From Oikopleura dioica (taxonomy: Eukaryota; Animalia; Chordata): DNA of 64,000 nucleotides. The notes beneath the pieces are model-generated. The model did not search any database, was not told where the DNA came from, and saw only the letters and a list, made by a program, of their open reading frames with translations. Every line of letters starts with the position of its first letter. Positions within the stretch are counted from its first letter, which is position 1. Of the stretch, positions 12,174 to 24,435 are shown piece after piece. Both the position numbers and the translations under genes were made by a program. The stretch covers positions 1,426,001-1,490,000 of the forward strand of contig OU015569.1 in the NCBI GenBank assembly GCA_907165135.1, in the 5' to 3' direction.

Positions 12174-12784
12174 TATCCGCATATTTAAATAAAAGAAGCC
12201 TCCTTTTTAGTTTGGAATTGGCTCTTGCGCGAGGGGTGTCTGAGATTGGCCGGGGATTAGAATATTTTGTGAAAATGGCAAAATGCGCCGAAACTCGATT
12301 TCGCCAAAAGACCAAATTGGATCCGCAGATGAGTGCCTGCGAATGTGCCTAACGAGATACTCAGATTTTGAATTTCAATTTCGCAGATTTTGAACAAAAC
12401 AGAATTCACAAAAATAACACTCCCACTGTTTGTTTTGACTTAACGATTTGAATAATTCCTAAAAAAGAATATCCACATCTTGAGTCCTCCTCTTCCTCAG
12501 CCGCAGTTTCTATCTATTTTGGCTCTGGAATCAGGGATTGATTCGCCCTTCGCGGAGAACAAAGAAAGAAATTCCTCCAAGTTCGTTTTCCGGATTTCCG
12601 CCGCGGCGCGCGATTCCTGTTTTTGTTTTTCGTTTACATTTTGTTGCTATTCCGTATTTTGTATCAAGCTCTGTTTGTTGTTTCTTTCTTTACATTGACA
12701 AAAATACCCGGGGACGCGTATTTTCAATCGCGTGGAATTCTTCGTGGAAGTTTTTACTTTTACTGATTTTAAAATGAACAAAAC

Positions 12785-13204
12785 CAGAGTTGCAATTTTT
12801 CTGAGCTGAGTGAGCTGAGCTGGCTGAGTGAGCTGAGCAGTCGCTCAGCTCAGTAATTTTGGAAAATGATCTTATCTGCTCAGCTCAGCTCACCTCAGAC
12901 AATTCTCACTCAGCTCAGCTCAGCTCAAATATTTTTGAATATGATCTGTTCCGCTCAGCTCAGACAACTATCACTTAGCTCAGCTCAGCTCAGCTCAATG
13001 ATTTGAATACAATTTTACTACCAAAAAACAGTAAAAAGCAGCTCAGTTCAGCTCAATCAGCTCAGCTCAGCTCTAATTAGGGTCCGCTCAGCTCAACTCT
13101 CTTAAACAAAAGGTCTGCTCAGCTCAGCTCCGCTCAATGACCTCTGAAATAGGCCAGCTCAGCTCAGCTCAGCTCGGAAAAACTAATCAAAATTTGCAAC
13201 TCTG
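12785..13204 (+). mobile_element. hAT-like MITE family A, copy 2
   Basis: CAGAGTTGCAA/TTGCAACTCTG TIR; perfect 8-bp TSD aacaaaac. Confidence 0.92.
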
Positions 13205-13621
13205 AACAAAACGTAAAATTCAAGACCACTTTTGCGCTAGAAATTTATGCCGAGTTTTGCTCTTGGGAGCGGGGGCGCTTAAACATCTCCATTTTTGGGT
13301 GTAAATCAGAGTAGAGTTTTGACACATTTCAAGAGCCCCTTTTCGCCGATCGCCAAACTCAAAACTTCAAGAGTTGAAGTTTCCCTTCGGAACTGTTTAC
13401 AGACAGACTTATCACACGCCACGATGGGAGAATATTCAAATCATCACAGATATGTTAAATAAATCGAGCCCGCCAGCTACCTAAACACTAACCTTATCTA
13501 TCAGAAAAAAACCGGGAGAAGTTTTCTAGCGAAATCATTTTTGAATTACTCAATTTCTCGAAAAATGAAAAACGAAGTCTGTTTTTTCTACCGTTAAAAT
13601 GGAGACTTCCTTGAAGCAGAC

Positions 13622-13686
13622 TTGCAAATTTTACTTTATTTTTGCTGAGCTGAGCTGATCTGGCCTGAGTAAAAATTTTTACTCAG
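13622..13686 (-). repeat. Family A end fragment
   Basis: TTGCAAATTTTACTTTATTTTTGCTGAGCTGAGCTGATCTGGCCTGAGTAAAAATT matches the left end of copy 1. Confidence 0.7.
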
Positions 13687-14399
13687 TTGAAAAATGATGT
13701 TCCTAATTTTTGACCTCACGTTATTGCTTTTTATTCTAGCTGTAGATTTTGCTTCCGTCGGATTTTGACAGAAAAGTAACAATTATGCGAGAAAATAAAG
13801 AGAAATTATTCAGCGGGTTTGGGTTTTTGTATTTTGTAGTGACCGCATTGGTGGCGTAAATTTGACACAATTGGCTGGACCGCGAGATTTTTGAAGAGTG
13901 GAGGAGAGATTCCACCGCCACCAAACGCTATTTGGGGCGATTATCTCGCCCAAGTCCACCCCTCAATATCCGCCAAGCCAATTAGCAAATCTACAGAGCG
14001 CAGAATTATCATTCAATATATTGGAAGCAGCTCAATTCCGCAGCAGCTAAATGCCATAATTCAACTCGTGAAAGCCGCAAGTTCGACTTTCTTTACGTCG
14101 AAAAAGGGAGTCTCTTCAGCGGCACGTGATTTGTGTGGAACTTACTGATCGACATCGCCATAATTCCGAAACATTATTTTCAAAATGGAAAATCATTTTC
14201 CTCGCTGATATTAATTATATCATATCATATATAATATCTGCAGACATCGCGCCGTCCGTGCGACAAGATAAGAAGCTCCAAACTCGGCGCGCAGCGTTTT
14301 TACATTTTAAAAAATAATACTGATAACGGCCTATCAAACAAAGGAAATTCGCGCAACGCAGAAAAATAATAGATTAATTTACAAATTCCGAATACTTAA

Positions 14400-14720
14400 C
14401 CCTTCCGCGCGCAAATGGTCATGCTAAGCCTGCACTTGGCAATCTGTGTAGAAAACCTTAGTCAGGTTCTGAAGAACTTAAGGGTGTCAACAACGATTTT
14501 GCCAATTTTATTACCACAGTTTAGGTACCTTCCTGATATTTGATTTCACATTTTTTAATGGAAATAACAGCTAATCGGATCTTAAGACAGACCCTTATTC
14601 GATCGTTGTTGACACCCTTAATTGAAAGGCCGCATTCTATCGCGAAGCCGCTGCGAATCTAACTCAGGTTTTCTACACAGGTTGCCACGGCCAATTATTT
14701 TGTCGATAAGCGAGGAAGGG
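14400..14720. mobile_element. piggyBac-like MITE shell (CCCTT...AAGGG) enclosing a B element (14430-14694), which encloses a C element (14482-14617)
   Basis: TTAA|CCCTTCCGCGC...GCGAGGAAGGG|TTGA; degenerate B TIRs inside; C copy with TTAA|GGGTGTCAACAACGAT...ATCGTTGTTGACACCC|TTAA. Confidence 0.7.
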
Positions 14721-15414
14721 TTGAACTTATGTGCGCGGCGAAAATTGAAGTTGGCGTGACTGTACAAACGAAGGTCCATCCAGTCGGCACTCGAGACGTC
14801 AGAAGTGATTTCTCTCGAGTATCATTCCTTGTTACTAGTTGAGTTGTTTTTTGGACAAATGATCAAAGAGAGCCAAAGTTTTCTCAAATCATTTTCGCAT
14901 TTCTTTGAACTTTCCAAATTGGAGCAACAAATCCACAAAAACCTCTGAGTGCTCTTTCTCAAATCTCCAAGTCCCCCACTCCACTTCGCAGCGCTAAAAT
15001 CGCCCTTTCATCAAAGCCAAACAAAATTTCATAAAAAGAAAATATCTTTTTTGAAATTGACAATTATCGCACTTGAGCATTTCACAAAATACAGTACTTT
15101 TACTGTTATTTCGCGACAATATTCTAAACGCGTAATATATAATTCTAATCACGTCCGTCATTAATAAACACTTGATTAGAGATTTAGTATGCGAGTTATA
15201 TGAGTAAGTATATGGGAAATGTCTCTGGGTGCGGATGTTTGTACAAGATGTGAGTGGGGCTGAGCGGCGCAATTACAAATTGGGGTTGAGTCGCTCCCAG
15301 ATTTCCATATAAAAAAAACTATCGCTTTAGAATTTAATTCCGAATTCCTGAAATTTATAAGAGACAAAAATTTTAAATAGGTGTCCCTATTTATTCCGGA
15401 CAACTACTTCAAGG

Positions 15415-15745
15415 CAGAGTTGGAAATTTGCTGTGCTGAGTGAGCTGAGCTGTCTGAGTGAGCTGAGCAGTTCAGCTCAGTGATTTTTGAAAATGATCTG
15501 ATCTGCTCAGCTCAGCCCAGCTCAGACAATTATCACTTTGCTCAGCTCAGCGATTTTAACACAATTTTACTTCTAAAAACAGCTCAGCTCAGCTCAGCTC
15601 AACTACCTTAAAAAAGGTCTGCTCAGCTCAGCTCAGCTCAATGACCCCCGAAATAGGCCAGCTCAGCCCAGTTAAGCTCAGCGAAATTCTCACTCAGGAC
15701 AGCTCAGCTCAGCTCAACAATAATAAAGCAAAATTTGCAACTCTG
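15415..15745 (+). mobile_element. hAT-like MITE family A, copy 3 (no TSD)
   Basis: TIR is present. The right flank is a B left end starting at 15747, so the TSD was probably lost. Confidence 0.85.
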
Positions 15746-15746
15746 C

Positions 15747-15783
15747 CTGCGCTGAGCAACCTGTGTAGAAAACCTGACTCAGG
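15747..15783. repeat. Family B single end (further fragments at 16311-16333 and near 19200-19220)
   Basis: CTGCGCTGAGCAACCTGTGTAGAAAACCTGACTCAGG. Confidence 0.65.
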
Positions 15784-16885
15784 CACCTAAAAGCTGAGCG
15801 ACTTGAGCGAAAGTTTTCTTCGAAAGAAGCTTAATATTTTTCGCTGGCAGGTTAAAGGCTGAAGGTGCGAAGGTATCAATTCCTTTCGGCTGAGTGACTG
15901 TAACTGGGTGCACTTGAGAGATTCATTTGATGTGCTTTGTGCAGTTCGAGAGTGCGCCTTCTGTCGCCTTTCTCGACTCTTGAGCAATTCCTGGCTGCTC
16001 TGGATTTATTATTAATTCTTGAATATTTATAGCTGCTCGAAGGTAAATAAATAAGTCCATCCCGTACGCCATTATCTAATTTATCATTTTTCATTTTATA
16101 CTTATTAGTAGCGCTTGCTGAGCAGATGACCCGTTCCAGTATTATCATTTCAATTATGCATTGCATTAGCTTAGCTAAGCATCACCAAATCAACAATCAC
16201 GAGCTTACGTATACTCGCCCATTACTCTCACTCGCTAAAGATCGGCTACTGTCAATAAGAAAGTCAGAACTTGATTTTACTTTAAAAAAAAGTTCCTTTA
16301 GGCCTTTAAACCTGTGTTGAAACCTGAGTCAGGAAGTTTTTGGCTGAAAATGGACAATTTTATGTGCATTTTGGCTTATGCAGTGAATGATGTTTTCGAT
16401 TTCAGAATTGTTTTCGTTTTTTGTTTTTGCTGGAAAAACGCTTAAAAATGCAGCGCGAGGCTAAGCTGTTTAGTTGACTCTAAATTTCACACCCTCGTTT
16501 AGCCACTCGCCAAAATATTTGCCCGCCCGAAATCACCACTCTACAGCTACCTCTACAATTTTATATCAAACCACTATCAATTACGCTTCTTGCGTTTTCC
16601 CCAGACCAGAGTCGGTCAATCTCAGTCTGTAACGATTCTTGAACAGTAACTCGCGAGATCTGACAGTAAAAAACCGCGCCGCCGTCCTCAAACTTTTCTC
16701 ATTATGGTTTCTTGCGTTACTTCCAGCCTATCTCTCCCAAAGTATTTTCGCATAAAATATTCAATCAGAAAATGTCAAATCGCGATTCCCAAAAATCGAA
16801 ATCGCTTCTTTTTGATGAGCGCTCAACCGAGATTTACTTTGCGGAGCACATTTGCGGCTGGTAATAGCAGTAGTAAATACAGTTT

Positions 16886-17308
16886 CAGTTTAGCCAAGTA
16901 CAGTAGTTAGCAGCTCTGAACTGCTCCGGACTAAGCTCGGCAATCTGAGTAGAAAACCTGAGTCAGGATTTGAAAAAGAGCTTTCTCAGACCCTGACTCA
17001 GGTTTTCTACTCACGTTGGAGAGCTCATTCCGAAGCAGTTCAGAGCTGAACTACTGTAATTTTTTGGTGAAAAATCTGTGTAAAAAACCTGTGTCAGGAT
17101 TTGAAAAAGAGATCTTTCAGACCCTGACTCAGGTTTTCTACTCAGGTCTGAGAGCTCATTCCGGAGCAGTTCAGAGCTGAACTACTGTACTTGGCTAAAC
17201 TGGTCCGGACAGAGCTCTGCATCCTGAGTAGAAAACCTGAGTCAGGGTCTGAAAGATCTCTTTTTCAAATTCTGACACAGGTTTTTTACACAGATTTGTC
17301 ACCAAAAA
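16886..17308. repeat. Complex palindrome nest: a TA|CAGT...ACTG|TA MITE (16901-17056) around a short B unit, plus a direct and an inverted B copy
   Basis: 17061-17150 and 17223-17308 are reverse complements. 16886-16930 is the reverse complement of 17160-17202. Confidence 0.85.
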
Positions 17309-18450
17309 GTCAGAATTGCCGATTTTTTTTTTATTAGCAAAAGGTCGCCACAAACAGTCAATACTACTGTATTAATTGCGCTGAATTCCCAGAGCAGACT
17401 TCGAAGTTGAATTTATTGCACTTCTATTTTTAATGTGTCCTTGCATTAAAAGAGAGTGTGCGTATTTGAAATCGTATTCAAGCGGAGATCTTCAAAGGAA
17501 TACATTTAATTCATTTCCAAAATATAATTAAAAATGGATGAATACATTTAGAACATCCACCGCGGAATTAGGAAGCCAGCAGACGCACCTGCTCACAATT
17601 TATATACACTAAACATAAAGGCTCATCCACCGCTCAAGCAAAATACAGCAAGAAAAATAACCGATTCTTTGTAAAATTGTAGCGATTGAAGGTCGCAATT
17701 AGGAGGAATACTTAAGAAAATGTTTATTTGAAAAAAAGACTTGACGTTACTTCTTCAAAGATTGATCTGAAGGCTGAAGGACAATGTGCGTTCAAGAGTA
17801 AATAAACAGAAGCTGACTGAAAATACAAAACAAAACTCAAAATTCTAGCGTGATAAATTGCCGGGCGCAATCATCAAGGTCACCTGCCAGATCAGCATTC
17901 GCGTTTTTTGACGGATTACTGTATTAGCGGCGGTTTGTATCAATGATGATCTACTGGCCTGGTTTGTCTTCAACAGACTTCGTTTTTCATAAATTAGGGC
18001 ATTTCAGTTGGCATTGAGATTGCTGGAGGAGAAGTTCTGGTGACTCGAATTTATTATGATTAGTTTTGAAATGGCTTGATTTGGATTTTCTATTTCTAGC
18101 GCTTTAGGAGACATTTCGTTATATAATTGAATAATCCCAAAATAACGAAATGGAAGTAGCATGAAAATAGTTTAGCCCCTTTTATTTTTAGAGGGAGTCA
18201 AATGGGTTCCTTTTTGAAGAGTATTTAAGTAAAAGTGACAGTCGCGATAGATCTACTCTGTTTGGGGCAAAACACTCGGAAGATGTTTTCCGTCGTTTGT
18301 ATATTTAAAACATAGATATTGTTTGTTTTCATTGCTTCTTTACAAGGCCGAAAATGCACCTTTCCAATGTGTTAGAATTTTTATAAATCGACTTGTCAAG
18401 TTTATGCATACACTTTCCAATTGTATTTCTTGTCTTTTCACTGCTAGAAT

Positions 18451-18786
18451 TAGAGTTGCAAATTTGTTGAGCTGAGTGAGCTGAGCTGGCTGAAAAGGAT
18501 CTGATCTGCTCAGCTCAGCTCAGCTCACCCAGCTCAGCTCTAATTAGGGTCTGCTCAGCTCAGCTCAGCTCAACCAGCTCAGCTCTAATTAGGGTCTGCT
18601 CAGCTCAGCTCAACTACCTAAAAAAAGGTCTGCTCAGCTCAGGTCAGCTCAATGACCTCTGAAAAGGGGCAGCTCACCTCAGCTCAGCTCAGTGAGCTCC
18701 GAAGTAGGCCAGCTCAGCTCAGAGAATTTTTTACACAGGTCAGTTCAGCTCAGCTCGGCGAAAATAAAGCAAAATTTGCAACTCTG
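18451..18786 (+). mobile_element. hAT-like MITE family A, copy 4
   Basis: TAGAGTTGCAAATTT/AAATTTGCAACTCTG; perfect 8-bp TSD gctagaat. Confidence 0.92.
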
Positions 18787-19904
18787 GCTAGAATGACCAA
18801 CAGAGTGGCCATGGCAATCTAATGGGTTAAGAGGTTATTTTGGCATCTCTTCCCATGGCAGTCGTTATCATTGTTGTGTTACATAACCGGTTGGAGTGGG
18901 ATTGATAAGCAGTTTCGTTATTTTTCAATTGAAGAATCGAAAAATGTTCGAATTGGCTTTGGAAAAACAGAAGTTATCTCAAAACAACAGAGACAATTTA
19001 AATTCTCGGTGGGAGACTCTTTTATTGATAAGAGCCCAGTCAAAATAATCGAAGTGGCGAGCGCCGTACTGTCTGAGCAAAATTATCGTTTTCATTTGGA
19101 AAGTGCCAAATCTGAAGCCTTTCAACTCTCAACGGCCAGATAACACAAAAGTGGAGACACAAGTCCGCATTCTCGCTTTCTTGGACAGCTCTCGAACGTT
19201 TGTAGAAAACCTGAGTCAAGATTTGAAGGACGATGGAATATGTATTAACACGAAAACATGCATTTCGAATTGATTTCATTTGCCTGGCATAAGTTTTACC
19301 GAAATCAGCGAGAGTGATTAATATTTGAAAAATATAACTTTTGGGAAAAAGCGTAGAAATGCTTGAAATTCCGTAAATTTCGGCGGTGGCCGCGGTGCAA
19401 AGCGTATTAAGGACAATAAAACTAGATTGGAATTCGATCACGTGTCGCGCCGAGTATTTTTTAGTGCCTTTCTCACGCCCGAACTTGCACTGGCTACAAA
19501 CAGGCCTAAGCCGTCTGATTGGATCTAATTGCCATTGCAGCTGATAATAAGTCCATAAAGGGGCACCCATAAAGACCTAAAGATCTACTCTCCTTGTTTT
19601 TATTGCCCCGCTGTGTGCACAGAAGTGCAATTAATCGCCGCTTAATTTTTAATCCGCAAAAGATGAGCCCAGAAAAGCAGACTAACGGTGTAATCCGCCT
19701 GCCATCTTGGACTTCCGGCGCATCGATTCGCAACTTTCAATAATTATACATTACATGCCTGATCAAATCCAAATGACGCCCTAAACCGATCTAAAGCAGC
19801 CAAAATTCGAATCGATTACAACTTTTTTAATTCACTTCCGAAACTGAACTTTTCTTGTTTCAATGTCAATTTCAATTAACAAACGATCAATAATCTAAAA
19901 CTTC

Positions 19905-20183
19905 TTACCCATAAATAGAGTAAAGCCAATTCATGGAAGTGATTTTATGGATCAGGTTTTTGATTGGCCGGTAGGCCAAATACAGCAATCTTATTGGATA
20001 TCCAAAAATGCACTTCTATAAATTGGTTTAGTCCCATAAATAAGGGTATCACCCAGAATAAACCAATTTATGGAAGTGCATTTTTGGATAGCCAATAAGA
20101 TTGCTGTATTTGGCCTACCGGCCAATCAAAACCCTGATCCACAAAATCACTTCCATGAATTGGTTTAACCCTTATTTATTGAC
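19905..20183. repeat. Family D: head-to-head dimer of a ~105-bp unit that carries its own terminal inverted repeats
   Basis: Arms 19926-20030 and 20059-20163 are reverse complements. Each begins CCAATT(C/T)ATGGAAGTG and ends CACTTC..AT.AATTGG. Confidence 0.85.
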
Positions 20184-21440
20184 CTCCCTCTTTAAGGGGG
20201 TCCCTTAATTAATCCAGTAAAGTCATTTTCAAAGCGGAGATCTGCAGTACTGAAAACGTTGGACTGCAGTATTCGGCTGCGCGTTTAATAGCGAGGTCGG
20301 TAAGCAATTATGATTCAGTTAATATGATTAAGGGGGTCAATACGATAATGAAATAATGTTTCATATCGGAAGGGGCTGCTAGTACCGTTCCCAGGGTCGA
20401 ACGGTTAAGCTGCTTTGCAAATGCTCCTCAATTATGAGCTTTTTGAGCTCGATTTGAGCTAGGGAGACATTTTTTGTCGGAAGGATGCAAAAAGCTTGAC
20501 CGGACAAATCCCAGAAAGCCGTTGAGCCGCACGATAGCCACCCGAAGCCATTTTCGCCATCAATTTATTCACAAGCCTATAGTTAACCGCTATACCTTCT
20601 CGAAAGCCCAGCCAGTTTCTATTCTAGCTTTCCACGACCTCGCTAATTGGAGGTTAATAACGCCGGCGCCAAGAATGAAATGCAGATTTTGGCACTTCAA
20701 AAATTAACTTTAACTTCCCGAAAAGATTTAGCCAAAAAGATGGTCTCCAAGACCAAAGGGGAAAATATTCAATTAGAAAAAAAGAGAGTCTGATAATGAA
20801 TAACTGCTAAAACATAACTGCGCATTCGAGATAGAATTTGCAGAACAACAAAGGGTTAAAGGGAGGTGAGTATTTTGTGTTTGGGAGATACACGACGTAA
20901 CGAAGGTGTCAAATGTCCAATTGACCTCGAAAATAGTAAATATATTTGCTTCTAAATAATTCTTATTTCCATTTTCATCGCCAAATCAAAAACTAATTAA
21001 CAACACATTCGATTAAAAACACAAGCAAGAAAAAGGCAGAGAAAGAATAACTCGAAAGTCGGATTTGGCCAAGGCCGCATAAATGGATTAACAATGAGAT
21101 TCAGACTTTTGAGATGGCTTTTCTTTCTATTAAACCAGTAATAGAACATATTCATTTTGAAATCGTTGAGTTGTCTGCGCTAGTTAATAGCAGATGAATC
21201 AAAAGCGAGACTTCCCGCCGTTTCCGTCGTAAAACAGCAAAAAGGAGCGTATATTTAGAATAATCTTTCAACAAGGAAAATATAATTTTACGATTTTTGT
21301 GATCCATCTTCTCTCGCCTCCAATTATTTACACACACACCGAGTTAGTGCGGCGAAGATCACCCATCCATTTTTGCCAATTATTTGCTCGTTGCTCAGTC
21401 AGTAACAGAATGTTATTCTGGCTTTAGGAGGTGACTTAAA

Positions 21441-21527
21441 GATCTGGGTTTTTATTGGCCGGTAGGCCAAATACAGCAATCTTATTGGCTATTCAAAAAA
21501 AAACACTTCCAATTTTTGGTTTAGTCC
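21441..21527. repeat. Family D partial copy
   Basis: ATTGGCCGGTAGGCCAAATACAGCAATCTTATTGG is identical to the interior of 19926-20030. Confidence 0.8.
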
Positions 21528-22398
21528 ATTTTTTGGTTTTTTTTTAAAGCTTCCAGATACAAATCTTTCAAGAAAAAAAATATTGCCATCGAATCTGGCC
21601 TAGAAAAAAACTTCCGAAAGAAGTGAGCGAACTTGTCAAATTTAAAGAAACGGGCGGTTGAAAGCGGCGCCGGGTAATTTCGCCTTTGAAGGCGGCGGGT
21701 AGAACTGATCTAGGGAGCACAGCTGGAATTGCGCTCAGAAGGCGCCCTTATCAGATTCCAGGAAGCGTCATTTTTATGGCGACCAGAAAGATGCCAGCGC
21801 CGATTCTGCTGATTCTAGCGCTGATTTTATGTCACTGCAGGATACTAAATCTCTAAAAGGGATCAATAAAACGATGCTGCTTTTCTCACGCCCCACGACT
21901 TTCATTCTCTTTATACAGGCTCCATTCTACAGGAGTCATAAACTATTTTCAGCAACACAATATTTTCAATGAAGCTTTTCGCTGAAAGAAGAGCTAAATA
22001 AAAGCGAAATAATGTATATTTATGTTATTCTGGTGGCTCCCTTTTCTTTGTTACCAGTTGGCAGTGTTGATCCAACAAGCTAATGTCGATTGAGATACAT
22101 TCGACATTAGTATTTGGCTGAAGATGAGGCCTGGCTTATTTTGGTAGTCTGTTTTTACAAATTACGCCGTTTGGGAATTTATTTTTTACGTGTCGCACCA
22201 ACAAGAATATAATTTTCTTTTCCCTGTTTTGGAGTATATTTTGGACATTGGCTTGGCGGCACACCGCGTTGCAGCCGACAAAAACGTGTACCCGACTCTA
22301 AAATCGAAAATCGAAAGGAAGAGCTTTAGAAATAAATAAATTTTCATCGCTATTAATCAAAATAAAAAAATGGGAGTGTAGATGATTGTGATTTTGTG

Positions 22399-22867
22399 CA
22401 GAGTTGCAAATTTTCTGAACTGAGTGAGCTGAGCTGGCTGAGTGAGCTAAGCAGTCGCTCAGCTCAGTGATTTTGGGAAATGATCTGATCTGCTCAGCTC
22501 ATCTTAGCTCAGACAATTTTCACTCAGCTCAGCTCAGCTCAATTATTTTCGAACATGATCTGTTTTGCTCAGCTCAGCTCAGACAATTATCACTTAGCTC
22601 AGCTCAGCTCAATGATTTGAATACAATTTTACTACCAAAACATAGTAAAAATAGCTCAGCCCAGCTCAATCAGCTCAGCTCAGCTCAGCTCAACTACCTT
22701 AAACAAAAGGTCTGCTCAGCTCAGCTCCGCTCAATGACCTCTGAAAAAGGCCAGCTTAGCTCAGCTCATCTCAGAAACCTCCGAAATAGGACAGCTCAGC
22801 TCAGCTCAAAGAAATTTTTACTCAGCTCAGCTCAGCTTAGCAAAATAAATCAAAATTTTCAACTCTG
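22399..22867 (+). mobile_element. hAT-like MITE family A, copy 5 (longest)
   Basis: CAGAGTTGCAAATTTT/AAAATTTTCAACTCTG; perfect 8-bp TSD attttgtg. Confidence 0.92.
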
Positions 22868-23434
22868 ATTTTGTGGATCGCGCGTTCAAGCAGCGTATTA
22901 ATATTAAATTAAATAAAAAGGAGATCATGTCTATTCCGCTCCAAATGCTCCAATACTGTAGCTAATTTGTTAGAAAAAAATAATTAAAAGAAAGTGCGGC
23001 TCCCCATAGATTTGGCTCTATATGAAGTCCATAGAATCTAACTCTTGTAAAGCGAAATTCAAAATAGACTCGCGGCGGCTGGTTAAAAGACCCCCCAAAG
23101 TGGAAGTCGCAATTGAAATTTTCTCAGATCGATTTCACAAAAATAACATTATTGCTCAAATCAGGGCATAAAAGAAATCGAACAATTTCCGCAAAGCCCA
23201 TTTATGGCCCTTGGAAATCGACCTCATTAGCCTTGTTTGCCATTTTTTGTACTCTTGGGCCGAATCAATATTATGAGGCTTCTGATCGCCTTTTGTACGG
23301 AATGGGGCTAAATCTAATTACCCCACAACTTTCATAAAAAATTAAAAGAATGTCAAGAAGACCAAGTCCCGCTTTTGAACCCTTTTTTTGAAGCGAGAAA
23401 ATTTAACGCTTTTTTATGCATTAGGGGCTTCAAT

Positions 23435-23657
23435 CTGAGTTTGGCAGTCTATGTAAAAACCTGAGTCAGGTTCTGATGAGTTTAAATGAAAAGCCGCGTA
23501 GCGGCTTTATTTTAAAAACGAAGCCGCAAGGCGGCTTCGCCAATATTTCAAAGTTGAAATGATTATGAGCGGCTTCGTTTAAAAGGCCGCTACGCGGCTT
23601 TCCATTCAAGCTCTTCAGAAACTGACTCAGGCTTTCTACGCAGGTTGCCGTGCTCAG
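23435..23657. mobile_element. Family B, long form
   Basis: Degenerate TIRs and the same GCCGC/GCGGC hairpins as 8641-8872; no TSD seen. Confidence 0.8.
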
Positions 23658-24219
23658 ATTTGCGCTGTCAAAAATGAAGCGTGATTTAAAAGTTAAAGTG
23701 TTAGAAATGTCGAATTGTATAAACCGCGCTTGAAAATACAAGGCGGACATTTGTAGAAGTTAGGATAAACAGGCTGTGATCTCCGGTGCTCGCTCTGAGC
23801 GTGGCCACTTCACACTTTCGACATTCCGCGCGAATAGTTACACTCTGCCTTCTTTGATCATTTTTACGACTCTTTGGCCAGTTCCAAATTTCCGCGCCAC
23901 TTGTACAGCTCTCACCAGAGAGAGTAGAATCAAAATCAAGTCTTGAGTGGTACTAAAATTTCGCGCTTTCTAGTGCGTTTGATATTTATCTGATGAAGCG
24001 AGCCTTTATCGCTTTCCCAGGCGACGATCTTCTTCTTCTTTTTTCCTTGCAACTTGAAATTGATGCTGTATGATGCAAGGTGCACCTATGCGCTGGAAAA
24101 TTGGGATTTCGTGGAATCGGAATCAAGAATTACAGATCAAATGGGACTTTCATTTATTCAATATCCCGCCTCTAAATCCTCCTCTTTCTAAGAGCGATCC
24201 TTGATTTATCAGCCTGTGA

Positions 24220-24435
24220 CAGGGTTGCAAATTTTGTGAGCTAGCTGAGCTGAGCTAGCTGAGCTACAACTTTGAGGTGACGGTCAGCTCAGCTCAATTT
24301 TTCTGAAGAAAGCTAGCTCAGCTCAGCTCAGCTCAATGGTTTTTCGAAAAGTGCCAGCTCAGCTCAGCTAGCTCAATTTTAACCTCAGCTCAGCTAGCTC
24401 AGCTCAGAAAAAAATTTCAAAAATTTGCAACTCTG
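24220..24435. mobile_element. hAT-like MITE, family A variant (GAGCTAGCTGAG units)
   Basis: CAGGGTTGCAAATTTT/AAATTTGCAACTCTG; perfect 8-bp TSD gcctgtga. Confidence 0.9.

Noticed and set aside
13071-13084. Telomeric TTAGGG
   Set aside because: Single occurrences inside a MITE spacer, not tandem.
15787-16166. Coding-like minus-strand segment
   Set aside because: The most protein-like frame has an internal stop, there are no clear splice partners and no recognised motif.
17340-19570. Decayed transposase or hidden gene
   Set aside because: Only short stop-riddled frames; no DDE or other motif recognised. No autonomous transposon is seen anywhere in the window.
22399-22867. CRISPR array (repeat-spacer look of the GCTGA blocks)
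   Set aside because: Repeats are pentamer runs of variable length, spacers are shared between dispersed copies, each copy has TIRs and 8-bp TSDs, the context is eukaryotic and there are no cas genes.
22467-22868. 133-aa ORF rich in SAQLSS
   Set aside because: It is a translation of the MITE pentamer repeats.
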